Program-made: the position numbers and the translations under genes
Shown here: in pieces, positions 49,372 through 59,503 of the stretch
Layout of the letters: every line of letters starts with the position of its first letter
How positions within the stretch are numbered: position 1 is the first letter of the stretch
The notes under the pieces: generated by a model
Told to the model about the DNA's origin: nothing
What the model saw: only the letters and a program-made list of their open reading frames with translations
The model's database searches: none
Assembly: GCA_963693055.1 (NCBI GenBank)
Contig: OY843751.1
Coordinates: 1,718,252-1,782,251 of the forward strand
Direction: 5' to 3'
DNA from: a bacterium
GTDB lineage: Bacteria; Zhuqueibacterota; Zhuqueibacteria; Residuimicrobiales; Krinioviventaceae
DNA length: 64,000 bases

Positions 49372-49575
49372 TTTTAACTCCTGTATGGAAATTTATTCTA
49401 TATTTCAACAATAAAGCTTATCAATATATACAATTTAACCTTTAAAATCAAGTTTAAAATTAAAAATTATAGATATTTGTGCTTTTTCTGTAATTTTTTT
49501 GTAATAAAAATCCAATATTGTATTTAAATATTAAATACATTACATTCTTTATTATAATATTTTGAGGCCTGTGGT

Positions 49576-50751
49576 ATGCGTTACATAATAACAATCTTAA
49601 TCGTGATGGTTTTATTTGCAATATCATATTCAGATACAAACCCACTTTATGTAAAAGCAAACAAAAGTGATTTTGACCAAAATCCTGCTTTGCTTGAACG
49701 TATTATAGATTCACCTCATGGATATTTTAGATTTATTAATATAGAATTTAGTCAATATATTTGCGAGCATTTTAAAGATATCGTTGAACAGGCCCCATCT
49801 TTAAATCTGCATGGTGATGCGCATCTTGAACAATATGCTGTAACTGATCTGGGTAGAGGTTTGACAGACTTTGATGATTCTTCTACCGGCCCCGGAATAA
49901 TTGATTTAATGCGTTTTATAGTTTCTCTCCGCTTAACCTGTTTTCAGCTTGGGTGGGAGGAAAGGACTGAAGAGTTGGTTGACGAGTTTATTTTAGGTTA
50001 TATTAATTCGCTTGATAAGCCTGAATTGGTTCCACAGGAACCGGATATAGCCAAACACATCAGAACAGAATTCAAACACGACAGAGATGCGTATTTTGAT
50101 TGGATTGATTCAATAATGCTCCCCATGCCACAGACAGAAAAAGACTCTATAATTGTTGCTATGGGCTTTTATGTTGAAACATCATTGATGGATAATCCTG
50201 ATTTGAACAGAGATTTTTATGATGTTATCGATATGGGTTATCTCAAAATGGGAATTGGAAGTGCTCTTGATTTAAAATATGTTGTTCGTGTTAATGGCAG
50301 TACAGATGAACCTGATGATGATATTGTGCTCGAAATAAAACAGGTCAGGGATCTTACCGGAATAGATTGTATTCAAACCGGGCAAAAACAGGATCCTTTC
50401 AGAATCCTTGTTGGGCAGTCTCGCATAGCATATGAGCCTTTTCATCATTTGGGTTATTTTCGTTTCAGGAATATGAATTTCTGGGTACATTCATGGGTAG
50501 ACAATTATAAAGAATTATCAATAGATAAAAGCTATACATATCCTTCAGAGTTAAAGCAGGTTATTTATGATGTAGGTGTTCAATTAGGTAAAGGTCATGT
50601 TAAGCATATAGCAGCCCCTTTTGATCTGCATGTTAGACTTGAACAGATTAATCTGGTAGCAAAAAACAAAGAGAGAATTCTACGCGAAAGTAAAATTCTC
50701 TCTCAAAATGTGATAGACGCCTGGAGATTATTTAAAAGATCTATAGAGTGA
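49576..50751 (+). CDS. Hypothetical secreted protein (DUF2252-like)
   Basis: 391 aa with signal peptide; HGDAHLEQY...TDFDDS resembles DUF2252; function unknown. Confidence 0.5.
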   Translation: MRYIITILIVMVLFAISYSDTNPLYVKANKSDFDQNPALLERIIDSPHGYFRFINIEFSQYICEHFKDIVEQAPSLNLHGDAHLEQYAVTDLGRGLTDFDDSSTGPGIIDLMRFIVSLRLTCFQLGWEERTEELVDEFILGYINSLDKPELVPQEPDIAKHIRTEFKHDRDAYFDWIDSIMLPMPQTEKDSIIVAMGFYVETSLMDNPDLNRDFYDVIDMGYLKMGIGSALDLKYVVRVNGSTDEPDDDIVLEIKQVRDLTGIDCIQTGQKQDPFRILVGQSRIAYEPFHHLGYFRFRNMNFWVHSWVDNYKELSIDKSYTYPSELKQVIYDVGVQLGKGHVKHIAAPFDLHVRLEQINLVAKNKERILRESKILSQNVIDAWRLFKRSIE

Positions 50752-51829
50752 AATTTACTCCTCGTTTTTCTGCAATTTCACCCAGTGTTTTAAATACCGT
50801 ATCTTGAATGGGTATACCTTTACTCATATATTCATCGTGCTTGTTATATTCTTTTTCACCATGAATATAAATATGGGGTTCATCTTTTGCTTTAGCCGAG
50901 TTGGTTATTCTTTCAACCAGATCATCCATATTCGTTGTAAATGTATCAAAGTCAACAAAACAGTTAACATCAATTGCCCAAAAAAAGTGACTAACATTTG
51001 CCGGAGCGGGTTTGCCGTCTTTGGGTTTGTTGACCAGGTTTGCATACGCTCCACCCGAAAGCACACCACTAAGCACGTCAACCAAGACTGCCATTCCATA
51101 TCCTTTATAGCCGCTGTATAGTTCACCAGCACCTCCCAGTGGTAGGATCCCACCTCCTAATCTTTGCAATACATTGTTTAAAACTGTTCCGGGATCAGTC
51201 ATAACCAATCCTTCGGTATCAACTGCCCAACCTTCAGGCATTTGCTTGTGTTCGCGATTATAGACTTCCAGCTTTCCCCTGGGAACAACAGATGTTGCCA
51301 TATCCAGAACAAAGGGGCGCTTTTTCTTAGTAGGTACAGCAAAACTGATTGGATTGGTACCAATTACCATCTCTTTTCCAAAAGTAGGTACTACCAGAGG
51401 TGCAGAGTTGGTCATTGAAATACCAATCATATTTTCTTTGAGAATCATCATGCTGTAATAGCCGGCTATACCGTAATGGTTCGAGTTTTTTACAGTAACC
51501 ATGCCAATGCATGATGTTTTGGCTTTTTGAATAGCAAGTTTTGTTGCAAAATAGCCATTGAGTTGCCCTAATCCCGCATTGCCTTCAATTGCAGCTGTTA
51601 CGGGATTTTCTTTGATTATTTCAGGCTTTGCTTGTGGAAAAATGGTACCATTTTCCATTCCGTCAACATATCGTTTCAACCTGGCGACACCGTGTGAAGG
51701 TATGCCACGAAGATCTGACATGACCAGAATATCAGCACAAACCCCCGCGTCCTGACTTGACAGATTAAATGTTGAAAAGATATTTTGAGTAAATTCTTTT
51801 AGATCTTCAAATTTAACCGTCGGCATCAC
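50741..51829 (-). CDS. Ldh_2 family oxidoreductase (malate/L-lactate dehydrogenase type 2)
   Basis: 362 aa; GIPSHGVARL, NSNHYGIAGYY motifs of the Ldh_2 family. Confidence 0.8.
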   Translation of the reverse strand: MMPTVKFEDLKEFTQNIFSTFNLSSQDAGVCADILVMSDLRGIPSHGVARLKRYVDGMENGTIFPQAKPEIIKENPVTAAIEGNAGLGQLNGYFATKLAIQKAKTSCIGMVTVKNSNHYGIAGYYSMMILKENMIGISMTNSAPLVVPTFGKEMVIGTNPISFAVPTKKKRPFVLDMATSVVPRGKLEVYNREHKQMPEGWAVDTEGLVMTDPGTVLNNVLQRLGGGILPLGGAGELYSGYKGYGMAVLVDVLSGVLSGGAYANLVNKPKDGKPAPANVSHFFWAIDVNCFVDFDTFTTNMDDLVERITNSAKAKDEPHIYIHGEKEYNKHDEYMSKGIPIQDTVFKTLGEIAEKRGVNFTL

Positions 51830-51852
51830 TACACCTCATATGTTTGATGAAT

Positions 51853-54555
51853 TTATTTTAACATATCACGCAGAACGGTTTGTAAAATACCTCCCTGACG
51901 GTAATATGTGATTTCAACAGGTGTATCCAGGCGCAGTGTTACAGTGAATGATGTTGTTTTACCGGTCTCGTCTACTGCATTAACATTAATTCCCTGCATG
52001 GGTTGCAAATCGTTTGTCAGTTGAATGGAATACTGTTCATAACCTGTAAGGCCCAAAGATTTTGCCGATTCGTTTTCATTGAATTGTAGTGGGAGAACTC
52101 CCATTCCTACCAGGTTACTCCGATGGATACGTTCAAAACTTTCAGCAATTACTGTTTTTACTCCCAGCAACAAGGTCCCTTTGGCAGCCCAATCTCTTGA
52201 ACTTCCCGTGCCATATTCTTTGCCAGCCAAAACAACCAGGGGAGTATTTTCTTTTTTATACATTTCTGCGGCATCATATATCCACATTTGCTGCTTTTCC
52301 GGCAAGTGTAATGTTACGCCACCTTCAGTGCCCGGAGCCAGGAGGTTTTTTAAACGAATATTGCCAAACGTGCCCCGTACCATAATTCTGTCGTTTCCGC
52401 GTCTTGATCCATAAGAGTTGAAATCTTGAGGTTCTATTCCCATTGATTTAAGGTATGTAGCCGCAGGACTGTCTTCAGGAATGGCCCCGGCAGGAGAAAT
52501 ATGGTCTGTAGTTACAGAATCACCCAATAACGCGAGAACACGTGCATTGTAGATTGAAGAAATGGGTTCGGGATTGGGTTGCATATCGATGAAAAAGGGC
52601 GGTTCCTGAATGTAACTGGAATCTGCCTGCCATTGATATAATGCTGAAGTAGTAACAGGGATATCATTCCATTGCTGGCTATAAGAATTGACATCAGCAT
52701 ACATTTTTTTAAATACTTTAGCGTCAGCAGCTTTTTCTACATAAGAAAGGATTTCTTTTTGTGTTGGCCAAATATCTTTGAGATAAACGGATTCACCAGA
52801 AGACGTTTTACCCAGTGGTTCGTTTTCAAGATCCACATCTACGGTACCGGCAATTGCATAGGCAACAACCAACGGAGGAGATGCAAGATAATTTGCTTTT
52901 GTATAGGGATTAACCCTGCCTTCAAAATTACGGTTACCACTCAAAACAGAAGCTGCAACCAGATCCTGTTCTTTGATAGCGGATGAAACTGCTTCTGGCA
53001 ATGGACCACTGTTGCCTATACAGGTTGCGCAACCATAACCCACCGTGTGAAATCCGAGTTTTTCGAGGTATTCAGTCAGTCCTGCTTTGTCCAGATAATC
53101 TGTAACAACTCTAGAACCAGGAGCCAGGCTGGTTTTAACGTAACCCGGGACTTTTAATCCTTTTTCTACTGCTTTTTTGGCCAAAAGACCTGCCCCCAGC
53201 ATGACTGATGGATTGCTGGTATTTGTACAACTGGTAATGGATGCAATTACCACCGAACCGTGTTTTAATTCATAGCCACCATTCATGTCAAGAGATGCTT
53301 TACGTGTAAGGTCTTTGTCTTCCAGACTAAATCCACGTTTTTCAGCGGGAGCTGTTAAAATATCTTGAAATGTTTTTTTCATATCGGAAAGGTTGATACG
53401 ATCCTGAGGGCGTTTGGGACCGGCAAGACTGGGCACAACATCACCCAGATCCAATTCTATGGTATCTGAGAATTCAGGATCAGGTGTTTGGTCTGTACGG
53501 AATAATCCCTGTTCTTTTGTATAGCGTTCTACAAGATCAACAAGATCATCTGAACGACCAGTGCGACGTAAAAAGTTGAGGCTTTCGTTATCCATTGGGA
53601 AAAATCCCATGGTTGCACCATATTCTGGTGCCATATTGGCTATTGTTGCCCGGTCTGGTAAACTCATGCTGCCTACACCCGGACCATAAAATTCTACAAA
53701 TTTGCCTACAACGCCTTTTTGTCTCAACATTTCTACAACTTTGAGTGCAATATCAGTTGCGGTTGCACCTTGTGGAACAGCACCGGATAGTTTGAATCCT
53801 ACCACTTGCGGTGCGAGCATATAAAGGGGTTGGCCCAGCATAACTGCTTCTGCTTCAATTCCACCAACACCCCAACCCACAATACCCAAGCCGTTGATCA
53901 TGGTTGTATGTGAATCGGTTCCTACAAGACTGTCCGGATAGACCAGTGTTTCAGTTCCTGAATTGTCTGTAAATACGCCTCTGGCAAAATATTCCAGGTT
54001 TACCTGATGAATAATACCAACACCGGGAGGGACAACACCAAATTTTTTGAATGCCTGTTGACCCCATTTGAGGAATTCGTAACGTTCGCGGTTACGTTTA
54101 AATTCTAAATCCATATTAAATACGAGAGAACGTGCTTCGCCAAAACTGTCTATCTGTACAGAATGATCAATTACCAGATCGCAGGGGATGAGGGGTTCGA
54201 TCTTTTGTGGATCTCCGCCCAGTCGCTTCATTGCTGAGCGCATTGCAGCCAGGTCAACCAGAGAGGGTACACCGGTAAAATCCTGCAGAATGACTCGTGC
54301 TGGTTTAAAAGGAACTTCTTTTAAAGAAGGATTAGATGCCTGCCATTGCGCAAGGTTGAGAACATCCTGCTCATTTATTATGGAATTGTCACAATTACGT
54401 AAAACAGATTCCAGTAATATTTTAATACTGAAAGGAAGTTTGGAAACTGCAATACCACTTTTATTTTCCAATGCTTGTAACGCGTACATGTACGCGGTGC
54501 CCCCGGCTGTTTTAATGGGAGATTTTGCGTCAAAAGAATTTTGTTTTAAAGACAT
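51853..54555 (-). CDS. acnA: Aconitate hydratase A
   Basis: 900-aa aconitase with swivel and catalytic domains ([22 protein letters not shown]). Confidence 0.95.
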   Translation of the reverse strand: MSLKQNSFDAKSPIKTAGGTAYMYALQALENKSGIAVSKLPFSIKILLESVLRNCDNSIINEQDVLNLAQWQASNPSLKEVPFKPARVILQDFTGVPSLVDLAAMRSAMKRLGGDPQKIEPLIPCDLVIDHSVQIDSFGEARSLVFNMDLEFKRNRERYEFLKWGQQAFKKFGVVPPGVGIIHQVNLEYFARGVFTDNSGTETLVYPDSLVGTDSHTTMINGLGIVGWGVGGIEAEAVMLGQPLYMLAPQVVGFKLSGAVPQGATATDIALKVVEMLRQKGVVGKFVEFYGPGVGSMSLPDRATIANMAPEYGATMGFFPMDNESLNFLRRTGRSDDLVDLVERYTKEQGLFRTDQTPDPEFSDTIELDLGDVVPSLAGPKRPQDRINLSDMKKTFQDILTAPAEKRGFSLEDKDLTRKASLDMNGGYELKHGSVVIASITSCTNTSNPSVMLGAGLLAKKAVEKGLKVPGYVKTSLAPGSRVVTDYLDKAGLTEYLEKLGFHTVGYGCATCIGNSGPLPEAVSSAIKEQDLVAASVLSGNRNFEGRVNPYTKANYLASPPLVVAYAIAGTVDVDLENEPLGKTSSGESVYLKDIWPTQKEILSYVEKAADAKVFKKMYADVNSYSQQWNDIPVTTSALYQWQADSSYIQEPPFFIDMQPNPEPISSIYNARVLALLGDSVTTDHISPAGAIPEDSPAATYLKSMGIEPQDFNSYGSRRGNDRIMVRGTFGNIRLKNLLAPGTEGGVTLHLPEKQQMWIYDAAEMYKKENTPLVVLAGKEYGTGSSRDWAAKGTLLLGVKTVIAESFERIHRSNLVGMGVLPLQFNENESAKSLGLTGYEQYSIQLTNDLQPMQGINVNAVDETGKTTSFTVTLRLDTPVEITYYRQGGILQTVLRDMLK

Positions 54556-54571
54556 GTTTAATCTTTCATGT

Positions 54572-55240
54572 TTAAGATTCTAACCAATAAACTGTTAATT
54601 TACGTGGGCCATGAGCACCCAAAATTAATATTTTTTCTATATCCGCTGTGCGGCTGGGCCCCGTAATAAAAAGCATATTTTTTTTCTTTTCATCCGGAAT
54701 GATTTCCATGAGTTCAAACATATTGGCAACAAGTTGATCGGGCTTGACAATCACATAGATACTGTCAGGTAAAAAGTGAGGATATAAGCTGGGTATATTG
54801 TCAAGCAATACAACCAGTGAAGCAACATCTGCAATTGCATAATCTACACTTACCAACGATGCCTGTATATTTGCCAGTGTTGATTTTCTGTCCTGTTCAG
54901 GAATGTCAACAGTATTTGTACATTGAATGTCTGATAAATTTGACATTTGTGAAAAAATGCTATCTGTGCCCATAAATGCAATTGTACTATTGTTTCCTGC
55001 AAGCAAGTCTCTATAAAGATGCTCAACCAGTATTTTTTCACTGGAAACAGTTACAAACTCTGCTGAAACTGCTTGCAGTTCTTTTTCAAACTGTTCTTTT
55101 AATCCTTTATCATCCAAGGGTGTTATGGCTGTTAATTTGGATTCAATCTTTTTTTCAACATATTCCGGTTTATCCGGCAAATGGGATGAGGTTTTAACTG
55201 CCTTTTTTATGGCATTCAAGATTTTCTCTCTACTTGGCAT
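54572..55240 (-). CDS. lutC: Lactate utilization protein C (LUD-domain protein)
   Basis: LUD-domain pattern ending [24 protein letters not shown]; start set at internal Met (MPSREK). Confidence 0.75.
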   Translation of the reverse strand: MPSREKILNAIKKAVKTSSHLPDKPEYVEKKIESKLTAITPLDDKGLKEQFEKELQAVSAEFVTVSSEKILVEHLYRDLLAGNNSTIAFMGTDSIFSQMSNLSDIQCTNTVDIPEQDRKSTLANIQASLVSVDYAIADVASLVVLLDNIPSLYPHFLPDSIYVIVKPDQLVANMFELMEIIPDEKKKNMLFITGPSRTADIEKILILGAHGPRKLTVYWLES

Positions 55241-55338
55241 TATCGGTTTCCAAATTTTTGTTAATATTCTGAGATTAAACAACGAAAAACACAAAAGGTA
55301 CGAAAAAGACCTTGAGGTTCGATTAATTTATCAAGCAA

Positions 55339-56733
55339 TTATTTATTTTTCATTTCTAAAAAGCGTTTTCTGAACCCTTTATTATCAAATTTGCCAAGGG
55401 CACGTTCTTTGGTATATCCGGGAGCAGGAAATGACTGTCCTTTGGGTAATAACATTTGAATTTTTCCCGGGAACCATGTTGCAAATCTATAAAGTTTTGG
55501 GTGTCTGGCAAGAAATGCCCAAATGTCCATGCCTATTTTTTCAATTTTCATAGAATATCCCTTTTCCACTACATTATTGCGGAGCTTTAACAGATGGTGA
55601 GGGATATTGATTCTAACCGGACAGATTTCGAAACAGGCTCCACATAAACTAGACAGGTAGGGAGAATATTTGCCTTCTTTTTCTCCGAGATATTGGGGAA
55701 TCAAAGTAATACCTATGGGGCCCATATACACCCAACCATACGCGTGGCCACCTATTTGTTGATAAATGGGGCATACGTTAAGGCATGCTCCACACCGAAT
55801 GCAAAAAAGGGATTCGCGCAGTTCAGGATCAGCTAGCATTTTGGACCGGCCATTGTCCAAGAGAACTATATGCATGTCTTCCGGACCTTCTTTTAATTTA
55901 GGAAAAGCAGGGCCGCCAACAATATTTACATAAACAGAAGCTTTTTGTCCTGTTGCGCTGGGACCTAATAGCTTGAGGAAAACGGCCAGATCATTCATAT
56001 TGGGAATGATCTTTTCAATTCCCATAACCGCTATATGTGTTTTGGGGACACCAACAGTCAGACGGGCATTTGCTTCATTTTCAACGACAACTACCGAGCC
56101 AGAATCTGCAACAGCGAAATTTACACCTGAAATGCCAATATCTGCATTGAGAAATTTTTCTCTTAGTGTGTTTCTGGCTATGGTAAGCAATTCGTTAGGA
56201 TCTTCAGTATAATCAATACCTAATTTTTCATGAAAAACCTTGCCAATATCCTGCCGGTTTAAGTGTAATGCCGGAGCTGTAAGGTGAGAAGGAATTTGAC
56301 CCAACAATTGTACAATATATTCACCTAAATCTGTCTCTAGCGTCTCGAGATCATTTTCAATAAGAAAATCATTGAGGTGCAATTCTTCGGTGGTAAGAGA
56401 TTTTGATTTTACAATGGTTTTGGCGTGTTTTTCGCGAGCAATGTTTAATATAATCTGTCGGGCTTCTTTGGCATTTGCTGCCCAATGAACATGAATACCA
56501 TTGGAAATACATTTTTTTTCAAATGTTTCCAGATAGGTATCCAAATGCTCCATAACATCTCGTTTAATGGAGTGGGCTTTGTAACGTAATTCCTCCCAAT
56601 AGGGAATTTGTTCTTTTTTGTCGTTACGTTTTGCTAATGATGTTTGTGTTGCTTTATCTACAGATGCTCTTAATCGACTGTCTAGCAGTGCTTCTTTGAC
56701 ATATGTTTTTGTTTTTGTAGGTGAAAGATTCAT
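55339..56733 (-). CDS. lutB: Lactate utilization protein B (iron-sulfur LUD-domain protein)
   Basis: CIRCGACLNVCPIYQ 4Fe-4S motif plus LUD/DUF162 domain. Confidence 0.85.
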   Translation of the reverse strand: MNLSPTKTKTYVKEALLDSRLRASVDKATQTSLAKRNDKKEQIPYWEELRYKAHSIKRDVMEHLDTYLETFEKKCISNGIHVHWAANAKEARQIILNIAREKHAKTIVKSKSLTTEELHLNDFLIENDLETLETDLGEYIVQLLGQIPSHLTAPALHLNRQDIGKVFHEKLGIDYTEDPNELLTIARNTLREKFLNADIGISGVNFAVADSGSVVVVENEANARLTVGVPKTHIAVMGIEKIIPNMNDLAVFLKLLGPSATGQKASVYVNIVGGPAFPKLKEGPEDMHIVLLDNGRSKMLADPELRESLFCIRCGACLNVCPIYQQIGGHAYGWVYMGPIGITLIPQYLGEKEGKYSPYLSSLCGACFEICPVRINIPHHLLKLRNNVVEKGYSMKIEKIGMDIWAFLARHPKLYRFATWFPGKIQMLLPKGQSFPAPGYTKERALGKFDNKGFRKRFLEMKNK

Positions 56734-56746
56734 AATAAACCTGCTG

Positions 56747-57472
56747 TTATAAATTCATGCTCTGGGCTAAAATATCTGCAATGTGTATTGCTCTGGCTTT
56801 CATATTGTGTTTTCGTAGGTAGCCATCAATATTCATTAAACAACTTGAATCTGTACTTGTCACATAATCTGCACCGCTTTCATCTATATATTTACATTTT
56901 CTTGCAACCATGGAAATTGACATGTCTGCGTATTTATAAGAAAAGGTGCCACCAAATCCACAACAGGTATCTGATTTTTCCATTTCAACAAAATCAATTC
57001 CTTTGATGGATTTTAATAATTTGCGAGGTTGTTCTTTGATGCCTAATTCACGAAGAGCATGACAAGAGTCGTGATATGTTACTTTATGGCTGAATGTGCC
57101 ATCCACTTTATCCATATTCACAACTTTGATTAGAAACTCTGTAAATTCAAAGATTTTGCTACTTAGTTCGTCTCTTGCTGAATGCAATTGTGGATTAATA
57201 TCAAGTTCGTGATAGAATTTCCTTACCATGGTTACACAGGAACCAGAAGGGGAGACAACATATTCTTTGCCCTGAAAGAGTTTAATGAATCTTTCAGCTA
57301 CAGGTACAACTTGTTTACGATATCCGGAATTAAAAGCGGGTTGTCCGCAGCAGGTTTGATCATTTACATATTCTATTTCAGCGCCAATGTGCTCAAGAAC
57401 TTTGACCATAGAAATAGCCGATTCCGGGTATAAATGTTCGGATAAACATGGAATAAAAAGGGCGACTTTCAT
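56747..57472 (-). CDS. lutA: Lactate utilization protein A ((Fe-S)-binding CCG-domain oxidoreductase)
   Basis: Two CCG motifs (DQTCCGQP, DTCCGFGG); start set at MKVALF rather than the ORF-track upstream extension. Confidence 0.85.
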   Translation of the reverse strand: MKVALFIPCLSEHLYPESAISMVKVLEHIGAEIEYVNDQTCCGQPAFNSGYRKQVVPVAERFIKLFQGKEYVVSPSGSCVTMVRKFYHELDINPQLHSARDELSSKIFEFTEFLIKVVNMDKVDGTFSHKVTYHDSCHALRELGIKEQPRKLLKSIKGIDFVEMEKSDTCCGFGGTFSYKYADMSISMVARKCKYIDESGADYVTSTDSSCLMNIDGYLRKHNMKARAIHIADILAQSMNL

Positions 57473-57711
57473 CAGAATTCTCACTTTAAGTCTTGTAATT
57501 GTAATGGTTAAGAACTTGGTAGAAAAGAACCTATAATTTAAAATAATTAATTTTCTCTGAAAATCAATTAAATAATGTAAATTTGTTTCCTGTTGTATGA
57601 TTTTGATGTGTACTGCAAACAGGTTGAGATAAATCAACTCATACGCAACCCAGGGGAAATATGAGCCCCGGTATATATTATATAAAATGACTATTGATCA
57701 TTTTAAAAATC

Positions 57712-57743
57712 ACATCCGGCCAGCGTATATTCTGACCGGATGT
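57712..57743 (-). terminator. Terminator-like hairpin downstream of the isocitrate dehydrogenase-family gene
   Basis: acatccggccag-cgtatatt-ctgaccggatgt (one mismatch), followed on the minus strand by a T-run. Confidence 0.5.
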
Positions 57744-57761
57744 TTGTAAGCTTTATTTTAA

Positions 57762-58958
57762 TCAAGCAGTATATTGTTTGTATTTTTCGTCTAGATCAGG
57801 CAGTTGAACTGTTTCCAGGATGTAATCGCAGAATTCACGTCCGGTTACGCCATTGTCACGACCAGTAATGATCATTTTTTTCTCAAATTGCTGGCATATT
57901 TCAAGAGCTTTGCCAAGTTGATCAGCTTTTTCAATGTATCCGATATGTTCAAGCATCATTGCTGCGGCACGGATCAGGCTTGAAGGATCTGCATATTTCC
58001 CGCGTCCTTCTTTAATCATACGAGGAGCTGAACCATGAATTGCTTCAAACATTGCATAACGTTTACCAATATTAGCGCTTCCCGCGGTACCAACGCCACC
58101 CTGGAATTCAGCAGCTTCGTCAGTTAAAATGTCACCATAGAGGTTGGGAAGAACCATAACCTTAAACTGGGTGCGGCGTTTGGGGTCAACCAGCTTGGCG
58201 GTCATAATGTCAATATACCAACCTTCCCATTTAACATTGGGATAATCTTTAGCTACGCGCTCAGCAGTTTCAAGGAAAAGACCGTCAGTTGTTTTTACAA
58301 CATTGGCTTTGGTTACAACAGTAACGTCATTCAGGCCTGTTTTATGTGCGTAATCAAATGCCATACGAATGATACGCTCTGCACCTTGTTTGGAAATAAC
58401 CTTAAAGTCCATTGCAAGGTCATCAGTTACCATAAGGCCTTTACTACCTAGCACATAGGCACCTTCAGTGTTTTCACGAAAGAAAGTCCAGTTCAAGCCT
58501 TCTTTTGGAACTTTGACCGGGCGAACATTGGCAAACAGGTCCAGTTCACGACGCATAGCAACATTTGCGCTTTCAATGTTGGGGTAGGGCCCGCCTTTTT
58601 CCGGAGTTGTTGTTGGCGCTTTAAGGATGACGTGACATGCTTTGAGCTCTTTCAGAACATCATCTGGAATTGCTTTCATATGCTCAACACGATTTTCAAT
58701 GGTCAAACCTTCAATGGGTGTGAATTCAAGTTTGCCTTTGGCAATTTCATCTTTGAGAAGAATCTCTAAAAGGCGTTGGGTTTCCTGAGAAATGATGGGA
58801 CCTATGCCATCTCCCCAGCAGAAACCGATTTTGATTGGTGATAATTTACTATAATCAATCCAGTCTTCAGCTTGTTTCATCTTTTCTACGCGTTCAAGCT
58901 GTTCCGCAATCAGTGTTCCTAGATGTTCTTTTGCTTTTTCAATTGCTTTTTCACTCAT
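57762..58958 (-). CDS. Isocitrate/isopropylmalate dehydrogenase family protein, likely isocitrate dehydrogenase
   Basis: 398 aa; NLYGDILTDEAA and IHGSAP motifs; same strand as aconitase and the citrate synthase candidate. Confidence 0.75.
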   Translation of the reverse strand: MSEKAIEKAKEHLGTLIAEQLERVEKMKQAEDWIDYSKLSPIKIGFCWGDGIGPIISQETQRLLEILLKDEIAKGKLEFTPIEGLTIENRVEHMKAIPDDVLKELKACHVILKAPTTTPEKGGPYPNIESANVAMRRELDLFANVRPVKVPKEGLNWTFFRENTEGAYVLGSKGLMVTDDLAMDFKVISKQGAERIIRMAFDYAHKTGLNDVTVVTKANVVKTTDGLFLETAERVAKDYPNVKWEGWYIDIMTAKLVDPKRRTQFKVMVLPNLYGDILTDEAAEFQGGVGTAGSANIGKRYAMFEAIHGSAPRMIKEGRGKYADPSSLIRAAAMMLEHIGYIEKADQLGKALEICQQFEKKMIITGRDNGVTGREFCDYILETVQLPDLDEKYKQYTA

Positions 58959-58990
58959 AATAACTCCTGTGTTGATTGGGGTCCCATGTT

Positions 58991-59503
58991 TTAATAAACA
59001 TTTTGGTCATCGGAAAAATCTTTGCGATCTTTTTTATATATATAAAAACGCTCTTTTAAGGTATTTAATTCATTTTGAATATCCAAAGTTTTAGAAACAT
59101 AATATTTGGCAAAGTTGTCTCTTGCGACAGCAAATGCCCTGTTACATTCCGTTAATAATTCCACCAGTTCTTCAGATAAAGGATAGCAAGTGGTAAGCAT
59201 ACTCCAGAATTCATTCTCAAATATACGGATGGCTTTTTGTACTTCTTCCAATGTATAGCCTTCATTTGAGCGTTTGTTTGCAAGATTTTCCATATATTGA
59301 ATTAATGGTTTGTCATCACAATCGGCAATTACTTTGAGCATTATATCAAGAAATTCTTCTTCGCGTTCCTGATGACGTTCAAAGTCAATAATCTCATAAT
59401 GTGATTCTGACATTTTTTGCAGTTTATTACAAATTCTGTTTATCAGATCATCGCGGTGTTCTTTGATGACACGTTTGAGATTACTGTTTGTGCAGTGTGT
59501 CAT
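58991..59503 (-). CDS. Hypothetical protein
   Basis: 170 aa, no recognisable motif; 23-bp overlap with the upstream gene end suggests co-transcription. Confidence 0.45.
   Translation of the reverse strand: MTHCTNSNLKRVIKEHRDDLINRICNKLQKMSESHYEIIDFERHQEREEEFLDIMLKVIADCDDKPLIQYMENLANKRSNEGYTLEEVQKAIRIFENEFWSMLTTCYPLSEELVELLTECNRAFAVARDNFAKYYVSKTLDIQNELNTLKERFYIYKKDRKDFSDDQNVY

Noticed and set aside
57473-57637. ORF-track 55-codon N-terminal extension of lutA
   Set aside because: Homologues begin at the MKVALF motif; the extension is AT-rich promoter-like sequence.
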